64,000 nucleotides of DNA from Eledone cirrhosa (GCA_964016885.1 OZ024741.1:368900001-368964000); one strand, 5' to 3'. Numbered from the stretch's first letter, positions 12,603 through 28,637 are shown. Notes: generated by a model from the letters alone, not told the origin. Numbers and translations: made by a program.

Positions 12603-12779
12603 CTGTAATTGTAAAAAGAAAAATTGACATTCAACAAAGTAATAAATGTAAAATAAGGAATAAGAAAGTATCACAATTGACCACAAACATTTCCAGACAA
12701 AATGACAAAAGTATAAATATTTGGGTAGGAGAGTTTATTTGAAACATTTTCTACATTTGTTTTTACCCGGATGTGTTGA

Positions 12780-13120
12780 TGCTACGAATACTCGCATTGG
12801 TGCTGCGAACACGTCACATTGGTGCCACAAACATGTAACGTTGGTGCCATGAAAATACACTCAATGCACCCTGTAAAGCAGTTGAAAATAGGAAGAAACC
12901 ATGCGCAAATGGTTAAGAGGGCCTTCAGTTGCATCAATAGTAAATGCACCTAGTACATGCTGTAAAGTGGTTGATGATAGAAAGAGCATTCAGCCATAGA
13001 AAACTTGCCAAAGAAAGGGGTGGGAGGACCCTTCAGCTGTGTCAAAGACATGACAAACTGTCTGGTGGAGTCAGTAGACCAGTTTCAATACTGACTTGGT
13101 TTGTGAAGACCTCTTCAAGC
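12780..13120 (+). mobile_element. RTE-tail SINE-like fragments with a short internal ~23-bp repeat
   Basis: ggtgccatgaaaatacactc...ctgtaaagtggttgatgatagaaagagcattcagccatagaaaa is similar to 58130-58210 and 60900-61117. Confidence 0.6.
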
Positions 13121-13121
13121 C

Positions 13122-13332
13122 ATAACCCTTTAGCATTTATATTTACTATTTATTCTCATGGTAAACACTATTTCATATAATTATCTTACATAATATCGAA
13201 TCTACGAAATTTTGATATCATTTATTTTGAGAACAATACCTTAAGTATGAGCAGCTGGTTATGGCCAGTTTGAACAGAAAGAGGTGAGAGAATTCTGGCC
13301 AGATATGGCCAGTTTAAATGCTAAAGGGTTAA
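13122..13332 (+). mobile_element. piggyBac-like MITE, family A
   Basis: TIR ccctttagcattta / taaatgctaaaggg with (A/T)TAA flanks. Confidence 0.78.
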
Positions 13333-13519
13333 AGCAAGAAAAGAGAATGTTAAACAACAGCAGCAATGGTGACAATGATGAAGAATAAAATATGAACTGA
13401 AGCATTGTGAAATAAAAGGTCAATACAGTTGAAGTTTGAAATGAAGGGAAAACAGAAGCAAAGGCTTATACATTTAACTTCTATTTCAATATTTTGGTTC
13501 CATCCATTATCAAGAGAAA

Positions 13520-13815
13520 GTGGAAAATGATCTAGTGTCCAATTCCTAGACGGATGATTTACTGCATCCTTGAGCAAAACACTTTATTTTATGTTGCTCC
13601 AGTTCACTCAGCAACATAAATGAGTTGCAATGTTTCTAGTGCTAAGTTGCCTTTGCTTTTTCCCTTTGACAATATCGGCGGTATGGAGAGGGGAGACCGA
13701 TATGCATAGGCAATTGCTAGTCTTCCACAAAAACACCTTGCTTAGGCTTATGCCTTGGAGGAAGGAACTTTCTAGGTGCAAAACCCATGGTCACTGGTGA
13801 CTGAAGGGTTCTTTA
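13520..13815 (+). mobile_element. tRNA-derived SINE (family 2), decayed
   Basis: Core ccttgagcaaaacactttattttatgttgctccagttcactcagc is shared with 54645-54900. Confidence 0.55.
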
Positions 13816-14223
13816 CAAAATTAGCTCTTACTGATGTTGATGGGGAGCTTTTTTTATATTCTTTAAATTGATTTTTCATTGTCTGCCCCACTCATATCCA
13901 AGCTCTGGGTCACATTACCTTAATTGAACAGAAACATAGGTGAATGGGTAACCCTTAATCTTGCCACCCCCAAGAACTTACTAAAGCTGGTCACAATAAA
14001 ATGTCCTTAGCTCACTCTATAAAAATAGTAGCAACCAAACAGACCATGTAAGTTTGAAATGATCACCCCACCTTACCCAATTTAGTATTCTGCTAAAGAC
14101 ATAACCACCCTAGTTTTGATGCGATAATAAAAAGCTCCTAGTACACCATTAAGAGGTTGGCATTAGCAAGGGCATCCAGCCATAGAAATTATGCCAAAAG
14201 TGGAATGTGGAAACCATTCTGTC

Positions 14224-14434
14224 TTAACTCTTTAGCATTTAAACCGGCTATATCCAGCCAGGATTATCTCACCTCTTTCAGTTCAAACCAGCCGTAACTG
14301 GCTGCTCATACTTATGTTAAGGTATTGTTCTCAAAATAAAAAATGTCAAAATCTCAGATTCAATATTATGTGAGGTAAAGACTTTACCATGAAAACATAG
14401 TAAATATAGAGTAATGTAAATGCTAATGGCTTAA
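14224..14434 (-). mobile_element. piggyBac-like MITE, family A, inverted relative to the 13122 copy and inserted into an RTE-tail fragment
   Basis: TTAA at both ends. Internal sequence is the reverse complement of 13126-13328. The interrupted tail resumes after the MITE (acccatgtcagtatggaaagcggac). Confidence 0.78.
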
Positions 14435-15639
14435 GCTGTGACAAACCACCCAACCCATGTCAGTATGGAAAGCGGACATAATACAATGCTGAGAAATTCT
14501 TTTACTGAGTCACATGACCAATTGAATAAGATAAGAATAAAGTCAATTAAATAAACTAATATATTACTCGGTACCTATTTTATCTTCTCAGATAAGATAG
14601 ACACTGGTAGTGTTTCAATAACTCATAACAGTGAAGCATTAAATAAAGCTCAGTTAAACCACTTGATACCAAACTGCCCCAAACCAACCCTGCTTCTATA
14701 AAACAAAACCACCTATTTTATAATCTATATCTTCCAACATAATTTCATATAAGAACCATAACTTACTACTTTAACCTTTTCACGACTGTATTTCTAATGA
14801 CATACATTATTACAATTAATTAAAGAATAATTTTTGAGGGAGTTACTAAAATTATCCATTATTTCATTACTAAGATAGTAACTTAATGTAAGGTTCTTAT
14901 ATAAAATTGTTAGAAGATTTAAATTTAAATTGGAAACCTTTAAAATTGGTGGTTTTATTTCATAGAACCAGAGCTGGTTTTGGCCAGGTTAGTAACAAAA
15001 GGATTAGTAGTGATAAAACTTTAGTAAATCCCTCAAAATTCTTCATGTATTAATTGAAATAGAGTAATTCATTTGAAATATGATCACAAAAGGATCAAAT
15101 ATCTAGAGTAAAATTTTATAGTTTTAGCTATCTCCACAGTAGAACAAAACAAGTGTTTAACAAGAGAGACACCCTACCTTTGGAGTTACAGAAGCCCGCT
15201 GCAGTAAGTGCTGAAATATGCTGCACCAGACAATATAGTGTTAACATGTAATCCAACACTAATGTTATGTATATCAAAATAAATATTGATTGTTTGATTG
15301 ACTGTATGTGATAGATACAGAGAGAGATAGAAATAGGCAGAGAAAATGTGAGAGTTATATGGATAAACCATACATATTGTAGAGAGAGAAAGGGCACGAG
15401 AGAGTATCAGACACACCTATCCAATTATTGTCAAAGCTGAACCAACCCGTGACAGTATAACCTCATGAAATGAGGAGGTTAAATAGTCTTTCAAATATTT
15501 AATATCTGAAAGTTCAGGTTAAAAAAAGATATGTAAATATAAAACAAGAAAACCTTGAGATAAAATTACTAACAATATTATTCATATGGTTGCTCTCAAA
15601 GTGAAATAGCAATTTTCGAGGCTACATATGCATCCCTGT

Positions 15640-15900
15640 GAGAGACACTACAAACACATTGTCACTAGCAATGCTGCAAACACATTGCTGCTAGCAACAC
15701 AACATACATACCATGTCCCCATGAGCAACACCACACACATCTTCCTCTCTCCCCATTAGCAACACTACAAACGTAACTTTGCCATTAGCAACACTACAAA
15801 CATACCCTCTGTGAGCAACACTACAAATATAACCCTCCCATCAGCAACATTACAAACGTAACCTCTGTGAGCAACACTACAAACACATCCCTGATAGCAA
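15640..15900. repeat. Degenerate ~30-bp tandem repeat (agcaacactacaaac...)
   Basis: About 8 recurrences of an agcaacactacaaa-like core. Confidence 0.75.
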
Positions 15901-17947
15901 TAACAATCAAAGCACAAAAGTTAACACTTTTTATGTTTCCTATTGGTTATTTTGTGTATTAAGTTTTGAAATAAGAAACATGAAACGTATGTTTTCACTT
16001 GGCAACAGGTAATTTTCAAGTCAATCCCAGTATTTTACCAATACTTATTTTATTAACTTCAATGGGAACGAGATAACATTTACTTAGTTGCTCACACTGC
16101 TAGAGCAAACACTCAAATTTCATTCAAGTTACAACCTACTATCTTTAAAAAGGAAGGAACTGATTAGATTATTGTGTACTAAGATATGCAATGCATAAGA
16201 AACAGATGAAATAACCATGGCAGGAATGTCTTTAATCATGGGTCTGATGAGTTAGAGCAGACCCCAGAGCTAAACCACAACTGCTATAGGATGAATAGCA
16301 AAAGCTTTACTGACAGGATCTGAACACATTGTGTGAAAAATCAAGAATAGATTCTTTGCCATAACACAGTTCGTCTTAAACATATATTGATTTTTGCTTA
16401 TGAGTTATTTTTTTAGGGGGAGGGCGTCCTAATGGTTTCAGTCATTAGATGGCAACAATACTGAGGCACCTTCGAGGGATTTAGTCAATTATATCGACTC
16501 TGGACACATATCATTTAACGTCCATTTTCTCTGCTAGCAGGAGTTGGATGGGTCATCACAGACCATGTCAGTACTTGATCATAGCTGCTGATCTCAGATG
16601 GGCGAGAGGTTACATTTCACTTGCATATGTTCCTGCTCTCTACAGAGTGTACTGTGTGCATTTTATAACGGTGGCAGCACTTGGGAGGTTGTTGGTCACT
16701 GATTCTACTGATTATCCCTCTGTCCTATGGGGAGGGGGAATAAGATGGGGAGCGGTGAGAAGGATAAATATGATGTCATGAGTAGTGGGTGTGGGATGCC
16801 AATTATATTGTCATGGGTGAATGGCAGGTGTGGTGAGATCCATGGGTGTGATGCAGGGGACAGAAGGTGAGAAGAAAATGTCATGGATGTGTAAGTGTGG
16901 TGGAATTTAACAGGATGATGAGCTGGAGGGAGTGACTAAGAGCTACAATTTCCATCTATCAAATTTCACTCCCTTGTCCCAAATAGCACTTAGTGGGAGT
17001 GAAGCCTAAACCACAAGGTTCTGAAACAAACTTCTTAACCACACAGCCATGCCTGTGCCTATTGCTTATTTTTTTGGAAGTGAATTGACTGATCATCAAA
17101 TTAAATGCCTTAGTTTTTGTTCCGGTTCCTTGTATTGTGTTTCAGGTCAAGTTTGCCTTTCATCCTTTTGGCATCAATAAATAAAGTACCTAACCAGACA
17201 TGATGGATTGACAGAATTGTTAGAGTCAGATGGGATGATTTATAGTGTCAGATTTGGCTCCGTGTTCTGAGTTCAAATCCTACCTCCTGGCACCAGAAAA
17301 GTGGTGATACTTCTTCCAGGAATTGCTCTCAACGGATGGCATCAGCAATGGAAAGACCACTGGAAACACAGCTTCCTTGATCCAATCTGATGATTACCCC
17401 CTTTTCCCTTATTATAAAACCAAATACTTATTTTTAAAGCTAATATTTTTTTAAAATCCTGTTAAGATACAAATAAAAACAAGCAAAAATTTCAAAATAT
17501 GTTTAAATAGAAAAACAGCTGGCAGGGAGATTTGAATAAGAATGACACAGCTGTTATACTAACAAAAGACATCCATTTTCTAATCAATTATTATAATTCC
17601 AATATTTTCAAACAAAATAGAAGTGACTCATCATGATCAAGGTGAGAAAAGTGTTTATGTAGAACATCTAGTAATTAAATTACTAAGACAAGTTGTAAAG
17701 ATAGAAGTATCTTCTGGTAGTGTCAACTATGTGGTTGGTTGCACATGGCAAATAAGTTTGTTGTATGTTTAATTCTTATCATATATTACATTCAAGCTGC
17801 AAGGCAGTCTTGAAAAGTAAAAAAAACATTTTTTCTTGAATTTTAAATTAGATCCTTTACTCCACTACTGCAATTTTTCAATGATCTGTCCACTAATAAA
17901 GATATCAACATTTGAATTAAACCCATTTTTAGATAGTTCCTGATAAA

Positions 17948-18260
17948 TGAGAGAGGCAGACAGAGAGAGACAGCCAGACACACGGGGAGTGGGAGAGAGA
18001 GAGGGAGAGAGAGAGGGACAGCCAGACAGACGGGGGGGGGGGGACAACCAGACAGATAGGAGAGAGAGAGAGAGAGAGAGACAGAGACTGACAGAGTCAG
18101 AGAGGCACAGAGAGAGAGAGAGAGGGGGAACAAAGATAGAAAGAGATAGTTTGAGCATGCGAGTGAGATATTCCACTTAAGCACATGTCAGAGAGACTGA
18201 ACATGAGGATGAGAGAGAAAGGAGAGAGAGGTTAAGCATGAGAATGAGGAAGAGAGAGGG
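17948..18260. repeat. (GA)n/(GACA)n purine-rich low-complexity tract
   Basis: Direct inspection. Confidence 0.9.
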
Positions 18261-20424
18261 TATGATTGAGTGAAGGTCATCACTAATACTAACAAGATAA
18301 AAAGGAATATAAAATAGTAGTTTTATAACAAAAAAGGATATCTATGTATATTTTGTGATTAACCCCCTTGGTGAGCAAGACATGGTCACCTGACCCAACT
18401 TGCCGCAAATCAGACAACCTGTCTAACTCATGCTAGCATGAAAAAATGAACGTTAAACGATGATGATGATTCCAATCTGACCAAAACTGGTTTTGGCTCT
18501 ATGAAAACAAACTTTAAATATTTCAACTAAAATATTCCAATATAATTTTATATAAGAACCATATGTTTAGTTACTATCTTAGTAAACGATGGAATCATTT
18601 TACTAAAAACCTCAAAATTTTCATTAATTAATTGAATTAGAAATAAACTGCATGTAAATATTTCCATCATGAAATTTTGTGATGAAGATCTATGATGACC
18701 CCCCCCCCCCCCCCCCACACACACACACCTGCAGCCCATACACACCCACCCAAACACACTTGCACCACACACACAAAGAGGTTCTACTTGTGTTGAAAAC
18801 ATCACAACCAGATTGTCAAAGTAAATGTCATTATGAATCAACCTTTTCAGATTTACCTTGTCCTTAACTTATAGGGTACCTGAAAGAGGCTTCATTCATA
18901 AAGAGGGTGGGTGAAGAAAGGTATAAAATGTAGACAAGGGTATAAATAGCTGAGAAGAGGAAGAATAAAAAAGAAGAAGGAAAAGAAGAAGAGTGGCGAT
19001 ATTCTATGACACCTGAAGAAAGTATACTAGTCAGCTAATGAATCAACATCAAATTTAGCTGAATCATCAAACCTATTAACTTCAGAAGCTGGTAGTTAAC
19101 ACATTACATACTTCACCAGTTAGTACTAACATTTAGAGTCAAAACAGTACTAACTTTTCAAGTGGAAAAAAATTCCGACATCTTTATTCAAACCATTTTG
19201 ATTAGAACAATTATGAGTGACCAAATAAATCAAGAACACAGAAATAGAATCAACAAGCCTTTAAAAAGACAAATTATTGCCTATTTTTGAAGAGTCAGCT
19301 GAACAGACTATTTGACACAGTGATAAGTTAGATTACTAGCATCAATGATAATGTTCACTAAACATTTATGATCTTAGTGAACATGACTAAACAGAGATCG
19401 TATATTTCTGATTTATGCCCAAGAGACATATACATTGTAAATCTTTGTAGTTTGTCACATATATTAAGCTAAGAAGAGCAATTAAAACCAACAAAATGTT
19501 GGAAGAAAAATAAATGTATCTAATACATCTATTTTTAACAACTGAAAATGAAAACCATATAAAATCTCAACCAGTTTTTAGTAGTAGTTTGAGTTTGTAG
19601 TAATTAACTAAATTTAAGTATGAACAGATATGTCTAGTTTTCATTTATAAATACTTTTTAAATTTAACTTATTTTGTCTTAATATATCCAGGGACATTTC
19701 CTAACATTCCTAGTTGTCATTGTGAGACAAAACATATATTAAAAAAATATATGCCAAAAAATTAGCAAATTAACTGAAGTTTGGGACTTAATTTTCCAAT
19801 TTTAACAATATTTTTCTAAGAAAAATATCATAACCTAGCAACAATAAAAAAACAAGGTGTCTAGGAATAAAATAGTTGTAAGTATATAACTATGGAAACC
19901 ATTCACCTGACAAAAAGAATAATTGAATGGGTGTGTGAACAATACTACTATAGCAAAATACAGATCTTAGGGAAGGTGACAATGTAATTGTTAACCTAGA
20001 TTTAGTTATTCAAGTACTTACATTCCAGAATGCTATGTTATAAAGAATGTTGCTTGGATAGGTCTGTATACTTGACTCAGAATAAATATATCCCCCACCA
20101 CACATGAATTGCTTTTTAGTCCCTGAAACATAAGGTGGAGTAGCTTATACATGCCACACATACTTCAATGTGGTTAACTGATTTAGAGTGACATTTCTCA
20201 AGAATAAAGTAGCTGTCTTGATTTGTGTTATAAATTCATAAACAAACCCAATAAAAATAATATGGATACTTTAAAACAGAAGAAAAAAAAAAAAAAATCC
20301 TAGTAATTTGCTTGTAGAAAAAAAAAAATTTCATATAATTATATTTAACAATAATTATATTTAACAAATAGCATGATTTTATATACTTCTGGTTTAAATT
20401 TCATTCAAATATGTATGAATATAT

Positions 20425-20553
20425 TTAACCTTTTAACATTTACATTACTCTATATTTACTATTATATTTTCATGGTAAAGGCTTTATCTCACATAATATC
20501 AAATCTATGAGATTTTGATGTTATTTATTTTGAGAACAATACTTTAACATAAG
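20425..20553 (+). mobile_element. Half of a piggyBac-like family A MITE, cut by a LINE insertion
   Basis: TTAA-ccttttaacattta start; matches 13126-13250 and stops abruptly at the LINE. Confidence 0.65.
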
Positions 20554-21455
20554 TTCGCGCTAACGAGGTTGTAGAAATGCTTGAACGTAAGGAGGTCGAT
20601 GTTTGTTGTATTCAAGAGACCAGGTGGAGGGTGGGTCTGCTAGATTCATTGAGGGTAAAAAACGATGTTATAAGCTTTTCTGGGTGGGAAACGACGATGG
20701 GCTGGGTGGAGTAGGAATCATGGTAGCAGAAAAGTGGGCAGATAAGATAATAGACGTAAATAGAGTGAACAACAGAATAATTAAAATAAGACTTGTCCTC
20801 AATAGAACTACGGTGACAGTAATATCTGCGTACGCACTCCAATCCGGACTGCCCGGCACTATAAAAGACAGATTCTATGAGACACTGATGCTCACTACCT
20901 CCCAAATAACCGACAGTGACTATATAATTATTGCAGGTGACCTAAATGGTCACGTTGGACAACATTGTGACGGCTACGACGAAATCCATGGAGGCTATGG
21001 GTTTGGTACTAGAAATGAGGAAGGCTCCAGAATCCTGAAATTCTGTGACGCAAATAACCTAACTATCTGTAACACTAACTTCAAAAAACGTGACAATCAC
21101 CTGATCACCTATAGATCCGGGGAACACACAAGCCAGGTAGATTATATCCTTACCAGAAGACGTGACAGAGTGTCTGTTGTAAACACTAAATCCCTCCCCC
21201 ATGAAGAATGCACCTCCCAACATAGACTGATAATTAGCGACCTCATAGTCAGGACGAGACGTACTCGACAGCAGAAGAGGACTATCCTCAGGAGAAAAAT
21301 ATGGAAGCTAAAGGACCCCACAGCCAGAAATAAATTTCAAAGCATATTACTTAATGCTTTCGACAGTAAGGAAGAGCATTTAGAGTCGGACAATATAGAG
21401 GGACAGTGGGAATTTCTGAAAGCAAACCTGCTGATGGCGACAGACAAAGTCTGTG
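20554..21455 (+). mobile_element. Young RTE LINE, APE endonuclease domain (runs into the assembly gap)
   Basis: EVVEMLERKEVDVCCIQETRW (one frameshift), then GVGIMVAEKW, ISAYALQSG, IIAGDLNGHVG, GGYGFGTRNEEG, SQVDYIL and SQHRLI motifs. Confidence 0.92.
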
Positions 21456-21655
21456 NNNNNNNNNNNNNNNNNNNNNNNNNNNNNNNNNNNNNNNNNNNNN
21501 NNNNNNNNNNNNNNNNNNNNNNNNNNNNNNNNNNNNNNNNNNNNNNNNNNNNNNNNNNNNNNNNNNNNNNNNNNNNNNNNNNNNNNNNNNNNNNNNNNNN
21601 NNNNNNNNNNNNNNNNNNNNNNNNNNNNNNNNNNNNNNNNNNNNNNNNNNNNNNN
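21456..21655. other. Assembly gap (200 N)
   Basis: Run of N; the sequences on either side belong to different elements. Confidence 0.99.
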
Positions 21656-22710
21656 GGTCTTTTATTAAAATTATTGGAATGGTCATGATTAATTATTCTA
21701 CTGTAAGTTTTTCTAGAATTTGTTTCTTTATTATATTTGATTTTATCTGGATAGCCGGCTTTAGAAAGTGCGTTATTATAGTAATTGGCGTTAGCATCAA
21801 AGATGTTTTTATTAGAAGATATGTTAGATATTCTATTTCCAATATTATTAACTATAGCATTCTTGATATTGGTAGGATGGTTAGATTTAAAGTTAACATA
21901 ATTAAGGTTCTCATTGTTTTTATGGTAAGGGTAATATAGGCCAGTGTCAAGATTAAGAGATACATCCAAGAAATTAGCTAGTTTGATACTATTATCAAAT
22001 TCAATTTTTAGGTTATGTTGGTTAAAGAGATTACGTATATTGTTCTTAATAATATTAAGTTTAACTATATTGCAATTTAGGATAGTAAAGAGTCCATCGT
22101 CACGATAAATTCCACCGCGAAGTTGAGGAATTTTCCGACTCAAAGAGTTCAAAATGAAGATACCAATTAAATCAGTCAATTGGGATGAATCGGATGCTCC
22201 CATTGTGATGTCGAAGTTGTTAGAGGTATCGGCTCTGGTCCAATATTCGTTGTTGAACTCTAGGATGGTTTTACGTGCGGTGAGGATGACGTGAAGTTCA
22301 TCTGTGGTGATGTCAGAATATTTAAGTGCGAAAGATAGAGCATTATTGAGAAGTGAAGGCGAAATGGAGGAATAGTAGCTGGCAATATCAAATTGAATAA
22401 ATTTTAGTTTGTTTTTATTATCCAATTTGTTGAACCAGCCAATCACTTCAGAAGTACCAAACCATAAATTTAGGTTCAAAGAAGAGCAATTAGAACTAAC
22501 CTGTGGGATAATCCTATCCAAGATGGCTTTACTAACAACCCCCAGATCAGATTTAGAGGGGGCGATTAATCTAACAGGTAGTTCAGTGCGAAAATTGTTT
22601 TTGTGATCCTTGAGATTTATCCTCGGAGTTCTTGGGAGGAATGGTTCGGTCTTTTTTTCAATGCCAAGTTTTGACATAATCTCATAGGCTTCAAGGTTTA
22701 TGCATTCTAA
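21656..22710 (-). mobile_element. Penelope-like element reverse transcriptase (5'-truncated; 3' end lost in the gap)
   Basis: Uninterrupted ORF with LKDHKNNF..PVRLIAPSKSDLG.VSK.ILD, QFDIASYYSSI, FDITMGASDSSQLTDLIG, IYRDDGL, ANFLDVSLNL and YVNFKSNHP motifs, characteristic of PLE RTs. Confidence 0.9.
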
Positions 22711-22712
22711 AT

Positions 22713-23021
22713 ATGTGTGATATTATGCATTCCCAATATCACACATCAATCTAAAACCACTTTTCATATGTTGATTTAAAACTGCACTATCCATAAGTGT
22801 TTTTTAGCCTTCATATCATGTTCTCCTGTTTTATCTGATGAAAACACAAATATTATTGCATGATGATGTTTGTTTTTGAAATGCGCATAATAAAATATAT
22901 GGAACTCCTTTAACCATCTTTTGATCTTATATTATGCATACTCCAGTCCCACAAATTGTAGAGTGCTTCTTATCCGATATCTGCATTGCTTTATTGTACT
23001 ACAATAAAACTCACCTCCTAC

Positions 23022-23022
<1 letters not shown>
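22713..23022 (+). mobile_element. Inverted pseudo-LTR of the Penelope-like element
   Basis: Non-coding block between the truncated RT and (TA)n, carrying a hammerhead on the strand opposite the RT. A hairpin marks the junction. Confidence 0.6.
22829..22895 (+). ncRNA. Type I hammerhead ribozyme motif
   Basis: ttttat-CTGATGA-[aaacacaaatatt...gatgtttgttttt, long stem II]-GAAA-tgcgca-TA^-ataaaa. It has a 6-bp stem I, intact core, palindromic stem III (ATGCGCAT) and an AUA triplet. Confidence 0.8.
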
Positions 23023-23065
<43 letters not shown>

Positions 23066-23367
23066 CATATATATACACATATATATACACATATATATAC
23101 ACATATATATACACATATATATACACATATATATACACATATATATACATATATATATACATATATATATACATATATATATATAGATATATATATATAG
23201 ATATATATACAGATATATATATATAGATATATATATATATAGATATATATATATATATATATAGATATATATATACAGATATATATATATAATATAGAGA
23301 TATATATATATATATATAGAGATATATATATATATATATATATAGATATATATATATATATATAGAG

Positions 23368-23398
<31 letters not shown>

Positions 23399-23457
23399 TA
23401 TATATATATATAGAGAGATATATATATATATATATATATATCTGTATATATATATAC

Positions 23458-23490
<33 letters not shown>

Positions 23491-23507
23491 TATATATATA
23501 TATATAT
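23023..23507. repeat. Compound (TA)n microsatellite
   Basis: Direct inspection. Confidence 0.97.
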
Positions 23508-24042
23508 TGTTATATTTGGGGAGGGTCATATTTGCGTAATATTGCCAGAATTAATAACAGAACACACTCACTGTTTGGTTGGTTTTCGCTTCTCGCTGTC
23601 TTTTATATATATATATCTGCGATCTAACTTACTCGGTCCTCAATGTTGCCATTGACTGACCGGCGGTCAAAAATAATACAGATACAATATAGACACAAAC
23701 ACATATATATAGTTTACATAATTTACATAAATCTTTCGTTGCACATCTGCAACATCGTCAGTGGTGTTATATTCATTGTTCCTCCTGTTGTGTAGTATGT
23801 CTACGCCATTTTTTTTTGTTCAGTCTGTCTATATATTTATTTATTTATTTGCTTGTTTGTTTATCTTATTTTATTTTGTCTTCTTTGCGCATAAATAAAA
23901 TAAGATAAATAAAATAAGATAAATAAATACATACACAAGCACATAAACACACACTAGTCACCCAGCAGACACAACACTATACACACTAGTCACACATCAC
24001 ACTATACACACACGCAAAAAGACAAAATAAAATAAGATAAAC

Positions 24043-26971
<2,929 letters not shown>

Positions 26972-27243
26972 TCACTCCCCCCACCGCAAGGTGGTCGTGG
27001 AGGTGCCACGGCAAAAAAGCACCCAGCCACACTGTAAAGTGGTCGTGTAGGCGCCACGAAAAAGCACCCAGCACTCACTGTAAATGAGGTTCGTGTTAGA
27101 AAGGGCATCCAGCTGTAGAAATCAAGCCAGATCAGTTCCTGTATGAGCAAGGCATGGTCAGCCGACCAGACACTGCCCACAACAGGACAACCCGTCTAAC
27201 CCATGCTAGCGTGGAAGAACGGACGTAAAACGGTGATGATGAT
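26972..27243 (+). mobile_element. 5'-truncated RTE LINE 3'UTR copy ending in (TGA)n
   Basis: Closely similar to 58060-58326, the 3'UTR attached to an RTE ORF. Confidence 0.88.
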
Positions 27244-27373
27244 ATATATATATATATACAGATATATATATATATATATATACAGATATATATATATTGT
27301 GTTAAGAACTCAGAGTAGTCTCTTACAATTAAATAGCTCTAAGAAAAAAGCTTTTCCGAGCCGTACAATATCA

Positions 27374-27660
27374 TTGAATAAAGAGAGATAAACACTAATA
27401 TAAACATACACGTGTTCGAATCGTAACGACCAAATTTGGTAGGGTGAAAAAATACTAACTACAGCAATATGGTTTATCCTTAACTTCAAATATTAAATTA
27501 AATTGCCCAATATAAGTCTGTTATTTTTCTTAATTTATATTTAAAGTTGAAGATAACAAACCATATTGCTGTAGTTAGTATTTTTTCACCCTACCAAATT
27601 TGGTCGTTACGATTCGAACACAAGTATGTTTATATTAGTGTTCATCTCTCTTGTTTATTC

Positions 27661-27663
<3 letters not shown>
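27374..27663. repeat. Fold-back inverted repeat (~130-bp arms, short spacer) inside (TA)n
   Basis: 27374-27505 is the reverse complement of ~27530-27663, e.g. gtgttcgaatcgtaacgaccaaatttggtagggtgaaaaaatac. Confidence 0.9.
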
Positions 27664-27695
<32 letters not shown>

Positions 27696-27698
<3 letters not shown>

Positions 27699-27999
27699 TG
27701 TACCCCTGGCATTCGTGGTCCCAGTTATATGCATAATTTTCCCAAGAAGCTAACTAATAATTGTTCGTGGAAACCACCGCATGTTCGTGAAATCGTAAAT
27801 ATCTTCCGCAATTTTTTTAATACCAAATTATTAATATACCGTATTGGTCGCCCCTTCACATAAGATGCTCCCCCTTTATTATATTTTATGTTATATTTTG
27901 ACATTTATAGGCATTTTTATAGACCACATCCAATATTCGTAGTTTTTCACTCTTCACGGGTGTTCTAGGAATGTAACCTCCACAAATACCGGGGGACTA

Positions 28000-28002
<3 letters not shown>
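27696..28002. mobile_element. Tigger/pogo-like MITE remnant
   Basis: Imperfect TIRs cagtgtacccctggcattcgtgg ... ccacaaataccgggggactactg|TA. A related end starts at 28071. Confidence 0.6.
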
Positions 28003-28060
<58 letters not shown>

Positions 28061-28430
28061 TGCACACATACAGTTGTCCCCCGGTATATATAACTTTAGG
28101 TAAATTATTGAATATAAATTTTGTTTTGTAAACTATTACATTCAAAGCCTCCTGTAACGAACCTGTCAAAAACTAATACTACATTCATTTTTCACTCTTA
28201 AAATTAGCTGTGATAACTTGTTAAATTACTAAAATGTCAGAGTCTACCAAAGTGTTCCAAACATCAACTGATATTAAAATTGAAATATCTAGTTAATTCC
28301 TCCATCAGTTTACACTTGCTAAACAATGTAATTATAAATGGGTTAAATGACCCAATTCTACAGTTTACAAATAAGAAAGCACAATACAAACATTATTTAA
28401 ACAAAAACTTTGCCTTGGGTTCCAAATACT

Positions 28431-28637
28431 TTAACCCTTTTCTTACCAGCCTGGATAAATCTGGCTCTAATTCTAAGAAATAAAATCACCCAATTTAAAT
28501 TAAAATCTTCAAACATATTTTAATGTAATAATCTTACATTAAGTTAATAAAGAAATAATTTTAGTAAATCTCTCAAAATTCTTCAATTAATCGAAATAAA
28601 GTGTATTTCATTAGAATTATTGTCACGAAAGGGTTAA
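28431..28637 (+). mobile_element. piggyBac-like MITE, family B
   Basis: TTAA-cccttttc ... gaaaggg-TTAA; similar to 2835-3044. Confidence 0.7.

Noticed and set aside
16244-16250. Other CTGATGA occurrences as hammerheads (also ~9426, ~17387, ~28690, ~53557 minus)
   Set aside because: No correctly placed GAAA with stems I-III.
18857-18879. Possible 23-nt minus-strand micro-exon (ctttcag|GTACCC...ACAAG|gtaaat)
   Set aside because: Splice-like signals only. It has a stop in the spectrin frame, and such matches arise by chance in 50 kb without transcript evidence.
20603-22677. A single element or ORF spanning the N gap
   Set aside because: The left side is a plus-strand RTE endonuclease and the right side a minus-strand Penelope RT; read-through is an artefact of the Ns.
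23508-23753. Solo LTR (TG...CA)
   Set aside because: No TSD, PBS/PPT or second copy can be verified in the window.
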